From Bacteroidetes bacterium UKL13-3 (GTDB taxonomy: Bacteria > Bacteroidota > Bacteroidia > UKL13-3), in the NCBI GenBank assembly GCA_001602415.1, contig CP012155.1:3086143-3150142 (forward strand): a stretch of 64,000 nucleotides of DNA, read 5' to 3'. The stretch's first letter is position 1; every line of letters begins with the position of its first letter. Positions 31,663 through 41,551 of the stretch are shown piece after piece. Both the position numbers and the translations under genes were made by a program. The notes beneath the pieces are model-generated. The model was not told the DNA's origin, made no database searches, and saw only the letters and a list, made by a program, of their open reading frames with translations.

Positions 31663-32370
31663 TCACCCAATAATAAAAATAACCGGTTTTTTGTGCAAAT
31701 CAACCTTGTTGGTTTGCCATTGTTTGTTGGTTTGTGTTTTGATAAACTGATTGGCTGCGCTAATATTCATCGCCACGCAAATGCGCGTATTGCTATCAGT
31801 GTTTTTAAGAACATCTTCCAACAATTGATTGTTGCGGTATGGAGCCTCCATAAAAATCTGTGACTGGTTTTTTCTGCGAGCATCCGCCTCCAACTCTTTT
31901 ATCTTTTTGGCCCGGGCAATTTTGTCAATGGGAATGTATCCGTGAAACGTAAAACCTTGTCCGTTCATGCCACTTGCCATTAAGGCCATCAAAATACTGG
32001 ATGCGCCCGGCAACGGTATAACTTGAATATTCTTTTGGTGTGCTAGTGCAACCACATCACTTCCTGGATCGGCTACACATGGCAATCCAGCATCGGTAAT
32101 GATGCCTGCATCCATACCGTTATCCAAGGCCTTCAACAAATGTGTTACCTCGTTTTTATTACTGTGTTCGTTCCATAAAAAAAGTTGTAACTCGTTTTGC
32201 GGAGTGGCAATATGCAATCGTTTAATTAATGCTCTAGCATCTTTTTCTGTTTCAACAATAAAATGCTTGAGGTGATGAACCTGCTCGCGGTTGTATTGCG
32301 CCAAAAAGTTGTCGGGATTGTCATCAGCCAAAAAGTTGGGTATGAGATATAATTTTCCGTATGTCTGCAT
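31663..32370 (-). CDS. rsmI: 16S rRNA (cytidine1402-2'-O)-methyltransferase RsmI
   Basis: GKLYLIPNFLADD N-terminus, tetrapyrrole-methylase fold. Confidence 0.8.
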   Translation of the reverse strand: MQTYGKLYLIPNFLADDNPDNFLAQYNREQVHHLKHFIVETEKDARALIKRLHIATPQNELQLFLWNEHSNKNEVTHLLKALDNGMDAGIITDAGLPCVADPGSDVVALAHQKNIQVIPLPGASSILMALMASGMNGQGFTFHGYIPIDKIARAKKIKELEADARRKNQSQIFMEAPYRNNQLLEDVLKNTDSNTRICVAMNISAANQFIKTQTNKQWQTNKVDLHKKPVIFIIG

Positions 32371-32511
32371 GGTCCAAAAGTAAGCAAAACCAAGGGCTTA
32401 AAAACAGTGCTATTTGATAACTTACTGATAGAAAGGTGTTTTATTAAATGCCATGCTATTGACTTATATGCACAACCCGCTTATTTTTGCCACCTTACTA
32501 AAGTTTTATAC

Positions 32512-34623
32512 ATGTCAGTATTAGAGAAGATCAGAAACAAATCAGGTTTAGCCATTGTAGTGGTGGGTGGAGCTTTGGCGCTATTCGTTATTTCAGATGC
32601 TTTACAAAGTAATAGTCGCTTGTTTGGCGGTAACGATACAACTGTAGGTGAAATAGATGGAGAATCTATTAGCGTACAGCAGTTTGAGCAAGAATTTCAA
32701 AAGAACTTGGAAAGCTACAAGTTGCGCTCACAACAGCCAACGGTTGATCAAAACACATCCGATATGATTCGTGAACAAACATGGAATCAACTTATCATGG
32801 ATGGTATTATGGTTAAACAATACAAAGAACTAGGAATTGGTGTTACCAATGAAGAGTTGTTTGAGTTGGTGCAAGGTGTTGATCCGCATCCGCAAATAAA
32901 ATCGGCCCCTATTTTCCAAAATCCACAAACAGGTCAGTACGACCGTAGCTTAGTGGTTCGCTTTTTGAAAAACATGACTGAATCAAATGATGAGCAAGCC
33001 AAAACAAGTTGGTTGGAATTTGAAAATGGTTTGGCTAAAGAAACAGAATCAAAAAAATACAATACACTTTTCAAAAAAGGAGTTTACGCTACAAGCCTAG
33101 AAGCAAAATCTGTATACAATAACCGCAACCACACAACCGATATGGATTTGGTAGCAGTTAACTTTTTTAGTGTTGCCGATTCAACCATTAAAGTGGATGA
33201 TAGCGACCTGAAATCATATTTCAACAAAAACAAAGACAAGTACAAGGAGAAATTGAATACACGCAAATTAGAGTTTGTAACGTTTGATGTAATTCCTACT
33301 TCAGAAGATTCAGCAAATATTCAAAAATGGGTAGCAGATCAAGTAACACAGTTTGCGGCTGCAACTAACGACACACTTTATGTTGATGTAAACAGCGATA
33401 GTAAATTTGATACAGTAGCCCACCCACTTTCTTACTATCCTGCCGATGTTCAAGGTGCAATTTTCACACAGCCTGTAGGCGGAATGATAGGACCTGTATT
33501 TGCTGATGGTAAGTTTAAAATTTACAAAGTTGCCGGTATCAAAGAAGACAGTTTATTCCAAATGCGTGCAAGCCATATTTTGTTTAAAGTAGAAAACAAC
33601 GATACTGCTGCATCATTGAAAAAAGCGCAAGAAATAATGGCCGAAATCCGCAAAGGTGCTGATTTTGGTGAAAAAGCCGCTCAATACGGAACAGATGGAA
33701 CAGCTAGTCGCGGTGGCGATTTAGGTTGGTTTGCCGAAGGGCAAATGGTGAAAGAGTTTAACGACTACGTTAAGCGTGGTAACAAAGGCGACATGGGTAT
33801 TGTGAAAACACAATTTGGAATTCATATTGTTAAAATCACTGAAAATAAATCTAAGAAAACAGTATGTGCTGGCGTGTTGGAAAGAGCTATCGAACCAAGC
33901 GAAAGAACAGTTAATGGGGCTTATAACATGGCTAGCCAATTTGCTGCTGCCAGTCAAGGTGGAGCAGAAAATTTTGAAACTGCTGTTAAAGAAAAAGGTT
34001 TATCAAAACGTGTTGCTGATAATTTGAGAGAAAATGATAAAACATTGGCTGGTTTGCCTGATGCAAGAGAAGTTGTTCGCTGGGCATACAACGCTAAAGT
34101 GGGCGATGTTTCAGAAGTGTTTTCACTAGGTGACAAATACATTGTGGGTGTTCTTTCTCAAATTAAAGAAAAAGACAACGCCAATTTTGACGATGTAAAA
34201 GAACGTGTTACTGCCGATTACCGTAAGGAGAAAAAAGCTGAGCAGTTAATGGAAAGCGTTAAAACCGCTATGACGGGTGCCGCTACGTTGCAAGACGTTG
34301 CTACAAAATTACAAGTTGCTGTTACTCCAGTTGTGGGTCAAACATTTGAAAACTCAAATGTTGCGTATGTTGGTCCAGATAATGCATTTATAGGAACCAT
34401 TTTTGGAACAAAAACTACCGGTAAAATGGTGGGACCAATCAAAGGGGATAACGCTATTTATGTTGCAAACATTATTCGTTTCAGCGAAGGACCACAAACT
34501 CCCGATTATGTTCCTTATAAATCAGAAATAATGAGTCAGTTGGCTCAACGTGTTGAATATGGTTCTTTCGAAGTATTGAAGGAAATGAAAAACGTAAAAG
34601 ACAACAGGTATAAATTTTATTAA
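32512..34623 (+). CDS. periplasmic folding chaperone of the PpiD/SurA type with a parvulin PPIase domain
   Basis: N-terminal TM anchor MSVLEKIRNKSGLAIVVVGGALALFVIS. Parvulin domain MRASHILFKV...GGDLGWFAEGQMVKEFNDYV. The start is assumed at MSVLEK. Confidence 0.75.
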   Translation: MSVLEKIRNKSGLAIVVVGGALALFVISDALQSNSRLFGGNDTTVGEIDGESISVQQFEQEFQKNLESYKLRSQQPTVDQNTSDMIREQTWNQLIMDGIMVKQYKELGIGVTNEELFELVQGVDPHPQIKSAPIFQNPQTGQYDRSLVVRFLKNMTESNDEQAKTSWLEFENGLAKETESKKYNTLFKKGVYATSLEAKSVYNNRNHTTDMDLVAVNFFSVADSTIKVDDSDLKSYFNKNKDKYKEKLNTRKLEFVTFDVIPTSEDSANIQKWVADQVTQFAAATNDTLYVDVNSDSKFDTVAHPLSYYPADVQGAIFTQPVGGMIGPVFADGKFKIYKVAGIKEDSLFQMRASHILFKVENNDTAASLKKAQEIMAEIRKGADFGEKAAQYGTDGTASRGGDLGWFAEGQMVKEFNDYVKRGNKGDMGIVKTQFGIHIVKITENKSKKTVCAGVLERAIEPSERTVNGAYNMASQFAAASQGGAENFETAVKEKGLSKRVADNLRENDKTLAGLPDAREVVRWAYNAKVGDVSEVFSLGDKYIVGVLSQIKEKDNANFDDVKERVTADYRKEKKAEQLMESVKTAMTGAATLQDVATKLQVAVTPVVGQTFENSNVAYVGPDNAFIGTIFGTKTTGKMVGPIKGDNAIYVANIIRFSEGPQTPDYVPYKSEIMSQLAQRVEYGSFEVLKEMKNVKDNRYKFY

Positions 34624-34624
34624 T

Positions 34625-35383
34625 ATGTTACACTACACCAGCAATGGCGTAGGGAATACAATTGTACTTATTCACGGATTTTGTGAACAAAGCACCTGCT
34701 TCAACGAGCAGGTGTTTTTGTTAAAAGCCGATTATAACGTAATTACAATTGATCTTCCCGGCCACGGACAATCACCCTTTATGCCCTCATTTACCATGAA
34801 TGACGTGGTTGATGAAGTGCACAAAATTTTGAATGCCGAAAGTGTTACATCATGTATTATGATTGGCCATAGTATGGGAGGTTATGTTACACTCGCTTTT
34901 GCTAAAAAAAATGGTAGTATGCTTAATGGTTTTGGCCTATTGAACTCTACAGCCAATGCCGATAGCGATGAGCGCAAAGCTAAACGTGAGCAAGCCATTA
35001 AACTTGTTTCGGCTCATGGTCCCGAAATATATGTTCGGAATTTTATACCGACTTTGTTTGCTGATGGATTTTCGGCAGCAACAATAGCAGAACGTCAGTT
35101 GGCCAATGAACATTTAACAACTGAAACGCTTATTGCGTGTTTAACGGCAATGAAAAATCGAGACGATAGCAATGTATTTCTTACCAAAACAACGCTTCCG
35201 GTGGCGTTTTTAATAGGCAAAAACGATGCACTTATCCCTGCGACAGATATGTTGCAACAAGCAGCATCTGTTAAAACAGCGATGGTTAACATGTTGAATG
35301 AAGCTGCGCACATGGGAATGCTGGAGGAGCCCGCTAAAGTTGCTAATGCTATTGGGGAGTTTGCTGAACTGTGTTTTGAGTAA
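34625..35383 (+). CDS. alpha/beta hydrolase fold protein
   Basis: LIHGFCEQ...IGHSMGGYVTLAF nucleophile elbow. Immediately follows the chaperone gene (2-nt gap). Confidence 0.7.
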   Translation: MLHYTSNGVGNTIVLIHGFCEQSTCFNEQVFLLKADYNVITIDLPGHGQSPFMPSFTMNDVVDEVHKILNAESVTSCIMIGHSMGGYVTLAFAKKNGSMLNGFGLLNSTANADSDERKAKREQAIKLVSAHGPEIYVRNFIPTLFADGFSAATIAERQLANEHLTTETLIACLTAMKNRDDSNVFLTKTTLPVAFLIGKNDALIPATDMLQQAASVKTAMVNMLNEAAHMGMLEEPAKVANAIGEFAELCFE

Positions 35384-35478
35384 CAGCAACCGAAAACCAC
35401 AAAAAGAAACCGTAACGCAATAGATTTTACGTCCACTAAATGCCGAGCATTTCTTAAAGTTGTTTAATACATTATGTC

Positions 35479-36303
35479 CTATGGAAACTTAGGAAAGTCC
35501 TTGAAATTGGGCTTACGCTTTTCTAAAAAGGAATTCTTCCCTTCTTTAGCTTCGTCACTCATGTAATAAAGTAATGTTGCATTACCTGCAAGTTCTTGTA
35601 TACCGGCTTGTCCATCTAACTCCGCATTAAATGATGATTTGAGCATACGCAATGCAATGGGGCTTTTCTCCATAATTTTACGGCACCATTCAATAGTTGT
35701 ATCTTCCAATACATCCAATGGAACCACCTTGTTTACCAAGCCCATGTCTAATGCTTCTTGAGCATTGTATTGGTCACATAAAAACCAAATTTCTCTCGCT
35801 TTTTTCTGTCCAACTATTCTAGCTAAATAACTTGCACCAAAACCACCATCAAAACTACCAACCTTTGGGCCGGTTTGTCCAAACTTTGCGTTTTCGGCCG
35901 CAATTGATAAATCGCAAATAACGTGTAGCACATGTCCACCACCAATAGCCCAACCTGCTACCATGGCAATTACCGGCTTAGGAATTCTACGTATTTGCAT
36001 CTGCAAATCCAACACATTTAAACGGGGCACACCATCGTTACCAATATATCCGCCATGTCCACGAACGCTTTGATCTCCACCACTGCAAAAGGCTTCTCCA
36101 CCCTCTCCTGTTAAAATTACACAATACACGTTTTCATCTTGTCTAGCCAGTTCCATGGCTTCACTCATTTCCTTTACGGTTAAGGGAGTAAATGCGTTAT
36201 GTTTTTCGGGACGGTTAATGCTGATTTTAGCGATGCCATCTAAGAATGAATACTTAATTTCTTCATATTTTTTAATGGTTTTCCAGGGATGTTTTGATTG
36301 CAT
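35479..36303 (-). CDS. menB: 1,4-dihydroxy-2-naphthoyl-CoA synthase
   Basis: Crotonase fold with [38 protein letters not shown], characteristic of MenB. Confidence 0.9.
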   Translation of the reverse strand: MQSKHPWKTIKKYEEIKYSFLDGIAKISINRPEKHNAFTPLTVKEMSEAMELARQDENVYCVILTGEGGEAFCSGGDQSVRGHGGYIGNDGVPRLNVLDLQMQIRRIPKPVIAMVAGWAIGGGHVLHVICDLSIAAENAKFGQTGPKVGSFDGGFGASYLARIVGQKKAREIWFLCDQYNAQEALDMGLVNKVVPLDVLEDTTIEWCRKIMEKSPIALRMLKSSFNAELDGQAGIQELAGNATLLYYMSDEAKEGKNSFLEKRKPNFKDFPKFP

Positions 36304-36318
36304 ATGTTTTTGTAGTTC

Positions 36319-36663
36319 TTATTTGGTTGATTGAAGTGGGCCTATAACAAAATTATTTATTTGCGAATTTAGCAATTGCGGATAACTGTAATCATCACAT
36401 GGTGAATGAAACTCTAAATAATCGAGGTAAATGTTTATTCTTTTAACATCGGATGCGCCAAGCGAGAAAGCTTTTACTAAACGTCTTTCTTGTTTTTTAT
36501 TGTTGTGAATAGCGGAAGCCATTCTGAAATTAAAACCGGTTTCGGCTAGCATCATTTTATTGTCTATTCCTTTTAGTTCATTAGTTTTTTGCGATGCTTG
36601 TTCCTGAGCCATGGCTTTTTCCAATATACATCCGAACAACAACATAATAACAAATGTTTTCAT
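36319..36663 (-). CDS. hypothetical small secreted protein
   Basis: 114 aa with signal peptide MKTFVIMLLFGCILEKAMA. Wedged between menD and menB with overlapping stop/start. Confidence 0.4.
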   Translation of the reverse strand: MKTFVIMLLFGCILEKAMAQEQASQKTNELKGIDNKMMLAETGFNFRMASAIHNNKKQERRLVKAFSLGASDVKRINIYLDYLEFHSPCDDYSYPQLLNSQINNFVIGPLQSTK

Positions 36664-38327
36664 AACGGTAATGATTTAAACTGTTGAAAAATCCGAGTAT
36701 TCAATTCCATATCAACTGCTATTTCCAATATACCCGGAGTTGAAATTGAACTAAAAAACGTTTCACATTTTTTGAAATCACTTTTCTCTTTACAAAGGTA
36801 GTATTGCAGCTCATTTTGAAAAGCAATTTGTTTAATGGAGTGACTATGTGGAGTGGTAAAATATTCCAACTGCTTTTTGTGTTTACGTGGCCCATCAATG
36901 AGTTGAAAAATCCCACCACCACCGTTGTTAAAAACGATGATTTTTAAGTTATGCGTAAGCGTGTTCCACAGCGCGTTTCTATCGTACAAAAATGCAATAT
37001 CGCCTGTGAGTAAATAGGTTGGTCGGTTGTTTACCATTGCAGCCCCAACGGCTGTTGAAGTGCACCCATCAATGCCGCTTGTTCCGCGGTTTCCGTTCAT
37101 TACCCAACTAGGATGGATGGCGCCCAAATTACTTAAATAACGAATGATGGAACTGTTGCCAACCTGCACGTTTGCAGCATCTGGAATACGCTTAAGCGTT
37201 TCGTGCAAGGCATGTAATTCACTCCAGGTATTAGCTGAAATAAAATTTTCGGTATAATGGGCAACTACGGCATTGGCAACAAGCCAAAATTGTTTGTAGC
37301 GCGAAATCGTTTTTCCTTTAGAAGATAATCCAAGCTGAAACAACAAGCTGGATGGATTTCCTTCAATATGTTTGGTTGCGTTTTTATAAGTATCCACCTG
37401 TTCGGCATTTGCATTAAACCGAACATGTGTTGCCGGTTTAATTTTTTGCAACCACAGTTTTAGCGACTTGGATAATACCGGTCCTCCCAACGAAAGGATA
37501 CAATCGGGTTCCAATTCAGTCAATGTTTTCTCATCTGCACGTTGTAATAGATAATCAAATTGTGATGCAGTATTAAAACCATATTCATTGGATAAAACAT
37601 CGCATATTAGCACCACATCATCGTGGTGCTGCAATTCTTGTAACGCACCATTTAACGGACCATCACAAGGCATTTGTCCAATAAGTACCAGTTTTTTTTT
37701 ACTCTGCCTCCAAGCTTCTAATACAAACTGATGCTCACTAACAGAAATTGTTTTGGAAGCGACATCTAACTCTTTAACAACCGTTTTTTCTGAACGAATC
37801 AATGATGTTGGATAAAGGGGCTCTCTAAGCGGAACATTTACATGTACCGGACCTCTTCCGTCAGCAAGCGTTTCCAAAATTGCTTGTTGAATGATGTTTT
37901 TGGTTTCTGAAATATTTTCTTTCCCTTCCAAATAACAAGGAAGTTCAAAACTTGCCCTTACATGGTTTCCGTATACACCCTTTTGCATAATCATTTGTCC
38001 ATCTTGCTGGTTGAGCAATTCAACAGGACGATCGGCAGTAACCACAAGCAAAGGAATTTTTTGGTAGTAGGCTTCGGCAATAGCCGGAAAAAAGTTGAGC
38101 GCAGCAGTTCCCGATGTACAAATTAACACTATCGGTTCATTTAGCTGTTGAGCCATTCCTAGTGCAATGTATGCAGCACTTCGCTCGTCAACCACACTGT
38201 GGCAGGTAATACTGCTTTGGGTAAAGGCAAACACCAATGGTGCCGAACGTGAACCCGGGCAAATCACAGCGTGCTTAATACCCGCGGTTGCGCATGTTTT
38301 GGAAATGGTGTAAACGTGTTGTTGCAT
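36660..38327 (-). CDS. menD: 2-succinyl-5-enolpyruvyl-6-hydroxy-3-cyclohexene-1-carboxylate synthase (ThDP-dependent)
   Basis: ThDP enzyme fold: GSRSAPL N-terminus, GDIAFLYDRNALWN ThDP-binding motif. The start is assumed at MQQHVYT. Confidence 0.85.
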   Translation of the reverse strand: MQQHVYTISKTCATAGIKHAVICPGSRSAPLVFAFTQSSITCHSVVDERSAAYIALGMAQQLNEPIVLICTSGTAALNFFPAIAEAYYQKIPLLVVTADRPVELLNQQDGQMIMQKGVYGNHVRASFELPCYLEGKENISETKNIIQQAILETLADGRGPVHVNVPLREPLYPTSLIRSEKTVVKELDVASKTISVSEHQFVLEAWRQSKKKLVLIGQMPCDGPLNGALQELQHHDDVVLICDVLSNEYGFNTASQFDYLLQRADEKTLTELEPDCILSLGGPVLSKSLKLWLQKIKPATHVRFNANAEQVDTYKNATKHIEGNPSSLLFQLGLSSKGKTISRYKQFWLVANAVVAHYTENFISANTWSELHALHETLKRIPDAANVQVGNSSIIRYLSNLGAIHPSWVMNGNRGTSGIDGCTSTAVGAAMVNNRPTYLLTGDIAFLYDRNALWNTLTHNLKIIVFNNGGGGIFQLIDGPRKHKKQLEYFTTPHSHSIKQIAFQNELQYYLCKEKSDFKKCETFFSSISTPGILEIAVDMELNTRIFQQFKSLPL

Positions 38328-38507
38328 ACTTGAAAAGCAAATATGCAGCTTTTGGAAACCATGCACACAATAAACCACTACAAAATTTGTTTATATAAAC
38401 CAGATAGAACAGACCTGTTGAAAATATAAATATTGTCAGTTTGAAAAACGAATGCTTTTTCTATTTTTGACACCTCCATAATCAAAACGAACCTAAGTAA
38501 TTTAAAG

Positions 38508-39185
38508 ATGAAAAAATGTTTTAGTGTTGTTGCATGTGTTGTTGCCGTATTTTTTGCATCGGCACAAAACCAAGATCCAAATTCTCCGGGTTTTGATTTT
38601 AATGCAACAACCACCGACAGTACCGATACGCAAGAGGGCGACCAAGCATCCGATTCTGCTCCTGTTGTAAAACCATACGAGCGTATTGTGCTGGCCATGG
38701 ACTCCATCACCAACCTTATTACCTATTCGGGCGTAATTGAGCAGGAGGAGAGCAGTTCCGACTCGCTGTACGTGCGTACCAAAAATTGGGCAAACAAAAT
38801 GTTTAGCGAAAATGGGAAAGAGGCAAAAGGGCTATATGAGATGGATAAGAAAAACCAAAAACTGTTAATTAATGGTTGGTTACCGGCATACATATACTCA
38901 AACAAATATGTAAAAAGACCTAATGGCAAGTATTTGTTTAAGATGACGATACTGATTAAAGAAGGTAGATATAAATACACGATAACAAACTTAGCCCATG
39001 AGGCTGTTAAACCCAACCAGGGAACACCCAACCGCAACTATTTTGAATATTACTACACCACAACTACCGGTATAAAAGGTGTAGATTCGATTTTGCGCTA
39101 TGCCGATAAGGATATTAATAAAATGATTGAAGGCTATAAAAAGGTAATGAGAGAAAAACCTTTGGTTGATGAAGACGAGTGGTAG
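38508..39185 (+). CDS. hypothetical secreted protein
   Basis: 225 aa with signal peptide MKKCFSVVACVVAVFFASAQN. Confidence 0.4.
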   Translation: MKKCFSVVACVVAVFFASAQNQDPNSPGFDFNATTTDSTDTQEGDQASDSAPVVKPYERIVLAMDSITNLITYSGVIEQEESSSDSLYVRTKNWANKMFSENGKEAKGLYEMDKKNQKLLINGWLPAYIYSNKYVKRPNGKYLFKMTILIKEGRYKYTITNLAHEAVKPNQGTPNRNYFEYYYTTTTGIKGVDSILRYADKDINKMIEGYKKVMREKPLVDEDEW

Positions 39186-39188
39186 TAA

Positions 39189-39935
39189 TTAACCAACCAT
39201 AAAATAGAAATCTCCGTTCTGGTAATTAATTGCTTCTGCAGCAGTCATTTTAATTAATTTTTTTGCCTCCAATTTGTAAGGCTGATAGCCAAATGGTTCA
39301 AATAATTGCATAATGTTATCTCTATTGCTTACCGATGAAATTTCGATTTGAATGAGCGGTTTAAACCTAGCAATCAAGTTCGTAAAATGTGGCATCAAAA
39401 ATACCTCGTAGCCCTCAACATCACATTTCATAAAATCCACCCTTGTTAAGGTGGCAAATAAATCATCGGGGCGACACATATTTACGCTGTAAGTATGCAT
39501 TCCTGTGGTGTCTTCTCCTGCTTCAACTACGTGTGTTAGGCCATGCCTAAATACTCCATCAATAATAGGTGTTCCCATTGTTATCGAAGCTGCGTCACTA
39601 CCTAAAGCAACCGGATGCAAGGTTACATTCTTGCAATTAAAAGCCTTCATGTTTCGATTAAAAACAGATTGAAATAGCTGAACAGGTTCCACAGCATGTA
39701 CATGCCCGTTAGTGCCACACAATTTTGAAAGCATAGTGCTGTAATAACCTACATTAGCACCTACATCAATGCACACAAAACCGGGCTTAATAAGCTCTTG
39801 TAGGTAAAACAATTCCGGGTATTTACCTTTCATCATTCCTCTCCTTATCATACCAATATAAACACGGCTCACCAAGGATAGATATTTTTCAGTACCCAAC
39901 GATTGGAGCAACAAAGCACGCAATTTCTTTTCCAT
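39189..39935 (-). CDS. FkbM family methyltransferase
   Basis: 248 aa with a SAM-binding CIDVGANVGYYS motif, typical of the FkbM family. Confidence 0.7.
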   Translation of the reverse strand: MEKKLRALLLQSLGTEKYLSLVSRVYIGMIRRGMMKGKYPELFYLQELIKPGFVCIDVGANVGYYSTMLSKLCGTNGHVHAVEPVQLFQSVFNRNMKAFNCKNVTLHPVALGSDAASITMGTPIIDGVFRHGLTHVVEAGEDTTGMHTYSVNMCRPDDLFATLTRVDFMKCDVEGYEVFLMPHFTNLIARFKPLIQIEISSVSNRDNIMQLFEPFGYQPYKLEAKKLIKMTAAEAINYQNGDFYFMVG

Positions 39936-40180
39936 TATTTTACTTCCTCATAGTCTACGTACTCGCCAATGTTTGGAGTATTCCTCCTTGTTTTTTGTTT
40001 ATTTATTTTCGGATTTACTGTAACAGTACCCTGATTGTCATCTTGGGAAGGGGTATTGTGATAGTGGTGATGCGTATTAAATCGGTATACTTTAGTTTTG
40101 ATCATACCACCCATCATTCGGCCAAATACCAACTTGTACAAAAAGTATATTATAAAAAGATATAACAGAAATTTAAACAT
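39935..40180 (-). CDS. small membrane protein (DUF4834-like)
   Basis: 81 aa with an N-terminal TM helix MFKFLLYLFIIYFLYKLVFG and a C-terminal ...GEYVDYEEVK. Its stop overlaps the FkbM start. Confidence 0.5.
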   Translation of the reverse strand: MFKFLLYLFIIYFLYKLVFGRMMGGMIKTKVYRFNTHHHYHNTPSQDDNQGTVTVNPKINKQKTRRNTPNIGEYVDYEEVK

Positions 40181-40287
40181 AAATATAAGAATTTAAACGA
40201 AGAGCAAAACTACACAAAATATTGCTTTTATGCAGCCTCATGAGGGTTTATTGCATCTTATGTGTGATGAATAATAAACAAAACTGA

Positions 40288-40680
40288 TTGTATACATTCG
40301 CAACCACGATGACAGATGTATTTGAAATGGACGAAACCACTAAAATGAAGTGGTATAAAATTGTGTTTGCACTCAAAAAGGATTTTGGCAAAAAGCCTGA
40401 TATGAACGGTTTTTTGTTTTTAATTGGGATGCGGGAGTTAGGCCAAACACGTGAATTCAGTAAAGATGAAAAGATGGATTTAATGCACATTGCAACGTGT
40501 GCGTTACTCTCATTAGAAGGATATTATGAGTTGGAACATTATGACAAAGATGGTTGGCCGCACTTTACATTACTTAAAGAGTTGCCTTATGCCGATTTGT
40601 TGAAACAAGAAACTTTTTTGAGAAGATTGATTGTAAAATACTTTGAAAAAAATGATTTGATAGTGGACAATGAGGGTTGA
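40288..40680 (+). CDS. hypothetical protein
   Basis: 130-aa ORF with no recognisable motif. Possible start at MTDVFEM (40309). Confidence 0.35.
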   Translation: MYTFATTMTDVFEMDETTKMKWYKIVFALKKDFGKKPDMNGFLFLIGMRELGQTREFSKDEKMDLMHIATCALLSLEGYYELEHYDKDGWPHFTLLKELPYADLLKQETFLRRLIVKYFEKNDLIVDNEG

Positions 40681-40729
40681 TAAAACCCTTTGTATGTTAT
40701 AATTTTGCTAACTGCTTAACCTAATAAAT

Positions 40730-41551
40730 GTGAAGAAAAAAACCATATTGATAGCATTATGCCTTCTTGTTTTAGGAATAACATCCTTCACTCCACCTAA
40801 ACCTGCTGCAGCCAAGGAACAATTTATTGAAATCTATACTAAGTATGGAAAAATCACTGTAAAGCTTTACAATGAAACACCCAAACACCGCGATAATTTT
40901 ATAAAACTAGTAAAAGAAGGTTTTTACGATAGTTTATTGTTTCACAGGGTAATACCAACCTTTATGATTCAAGCAGGTGACCCAAAGTCAAAGTACGCAG
41001 TTGCAGGAGATGCTCTGGGCGAGGGAGAACTTCCTTATTCAATTCCTGCAGAGTTTAATAAAAAACTGTACCACAAACGCGGAGCATTGGCCGCTGCGCG
41101 AACAGATAATCCAGAGAAAGCATCGAGTGCTAACCAGTTCTACATTGTTCAAGGTCGTACATTTACAATTGATGAGTTAATTGCGTATGAAAATTCGATA
41201 AATTATACAGCCAAACGTAAACTATTTGGTGAAATGATGCAATCCGATTCAATGAAGGCCAAACTGAATGATTATACACTCAGGGGAGATAAAGAAGGGT
41301 TGCATGCATACATGCTTTCTATGCAAGATGTAATTGATAAATTGTACGCTCCACAAGAATTCAAATTTTCTGCGAACCAAGTTATTGACTATTTGCAGTT
41401 TGGAGGAGCACCACATTTAGATGAAAATTATACTGTTTTTGGGGAAGTGGTTTCGGGATTAAACGTGGTTGATGTGATTGCTGGGTTAAAAAGTGATACC
41501 ATTGACAGGCCTTTTGTTGATGTGCGCATAAAAATGAAGTTGCTTAAATGA
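40730..41551 (+). CDS. peptidyl-prolyl cis-trans isomerase, cyclophilin type (secreted)
   Basis: FHRVIPTFMIQAGDP and ...ANQFYIVQG cyclophilin motifs. Signal peptide. Confidence 0.85.
   Translation: MKKKTILIALCLLVLGITSFTPPKPAAAKEQFIEIYTKYGKITVKLYNETPKHRDNFIKLVKEGFYDSLLFHRVIPTFMIQAGDPKSKYAVAGDALGEGELPYSIPAEFNKKLYHKRGALAAARTDNPEKASSANQFYIVQGRTFTIDELIAYENSINYTAKRKLFGEMMQSDSMKAKLNDYTLRGDKEGLHAYMLSMQDVIDKLYAPQEFKFSANQVIDYLQFGGAPHLDENYTVFGEVVSGLNVVDVIAGLKSDTIDRPFVDVRIKMKLLK

Noticed and set aside
34625-35383. Calling the alpha/beta hydrolase MenH because menB and menD are adjacent
   Set aside because: It is on the opposite strand to menB/menD and is translationally coupled to the PpiD-like chaperone gene. 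Kept as a generic alpha/beta hydrolase.
38378-38713. 111-aa minus-strand ORF upstream of menD
   Set aside because: It overlaps the better-supported secreted ORF 38508-39185 on the other strand, and has no start context.
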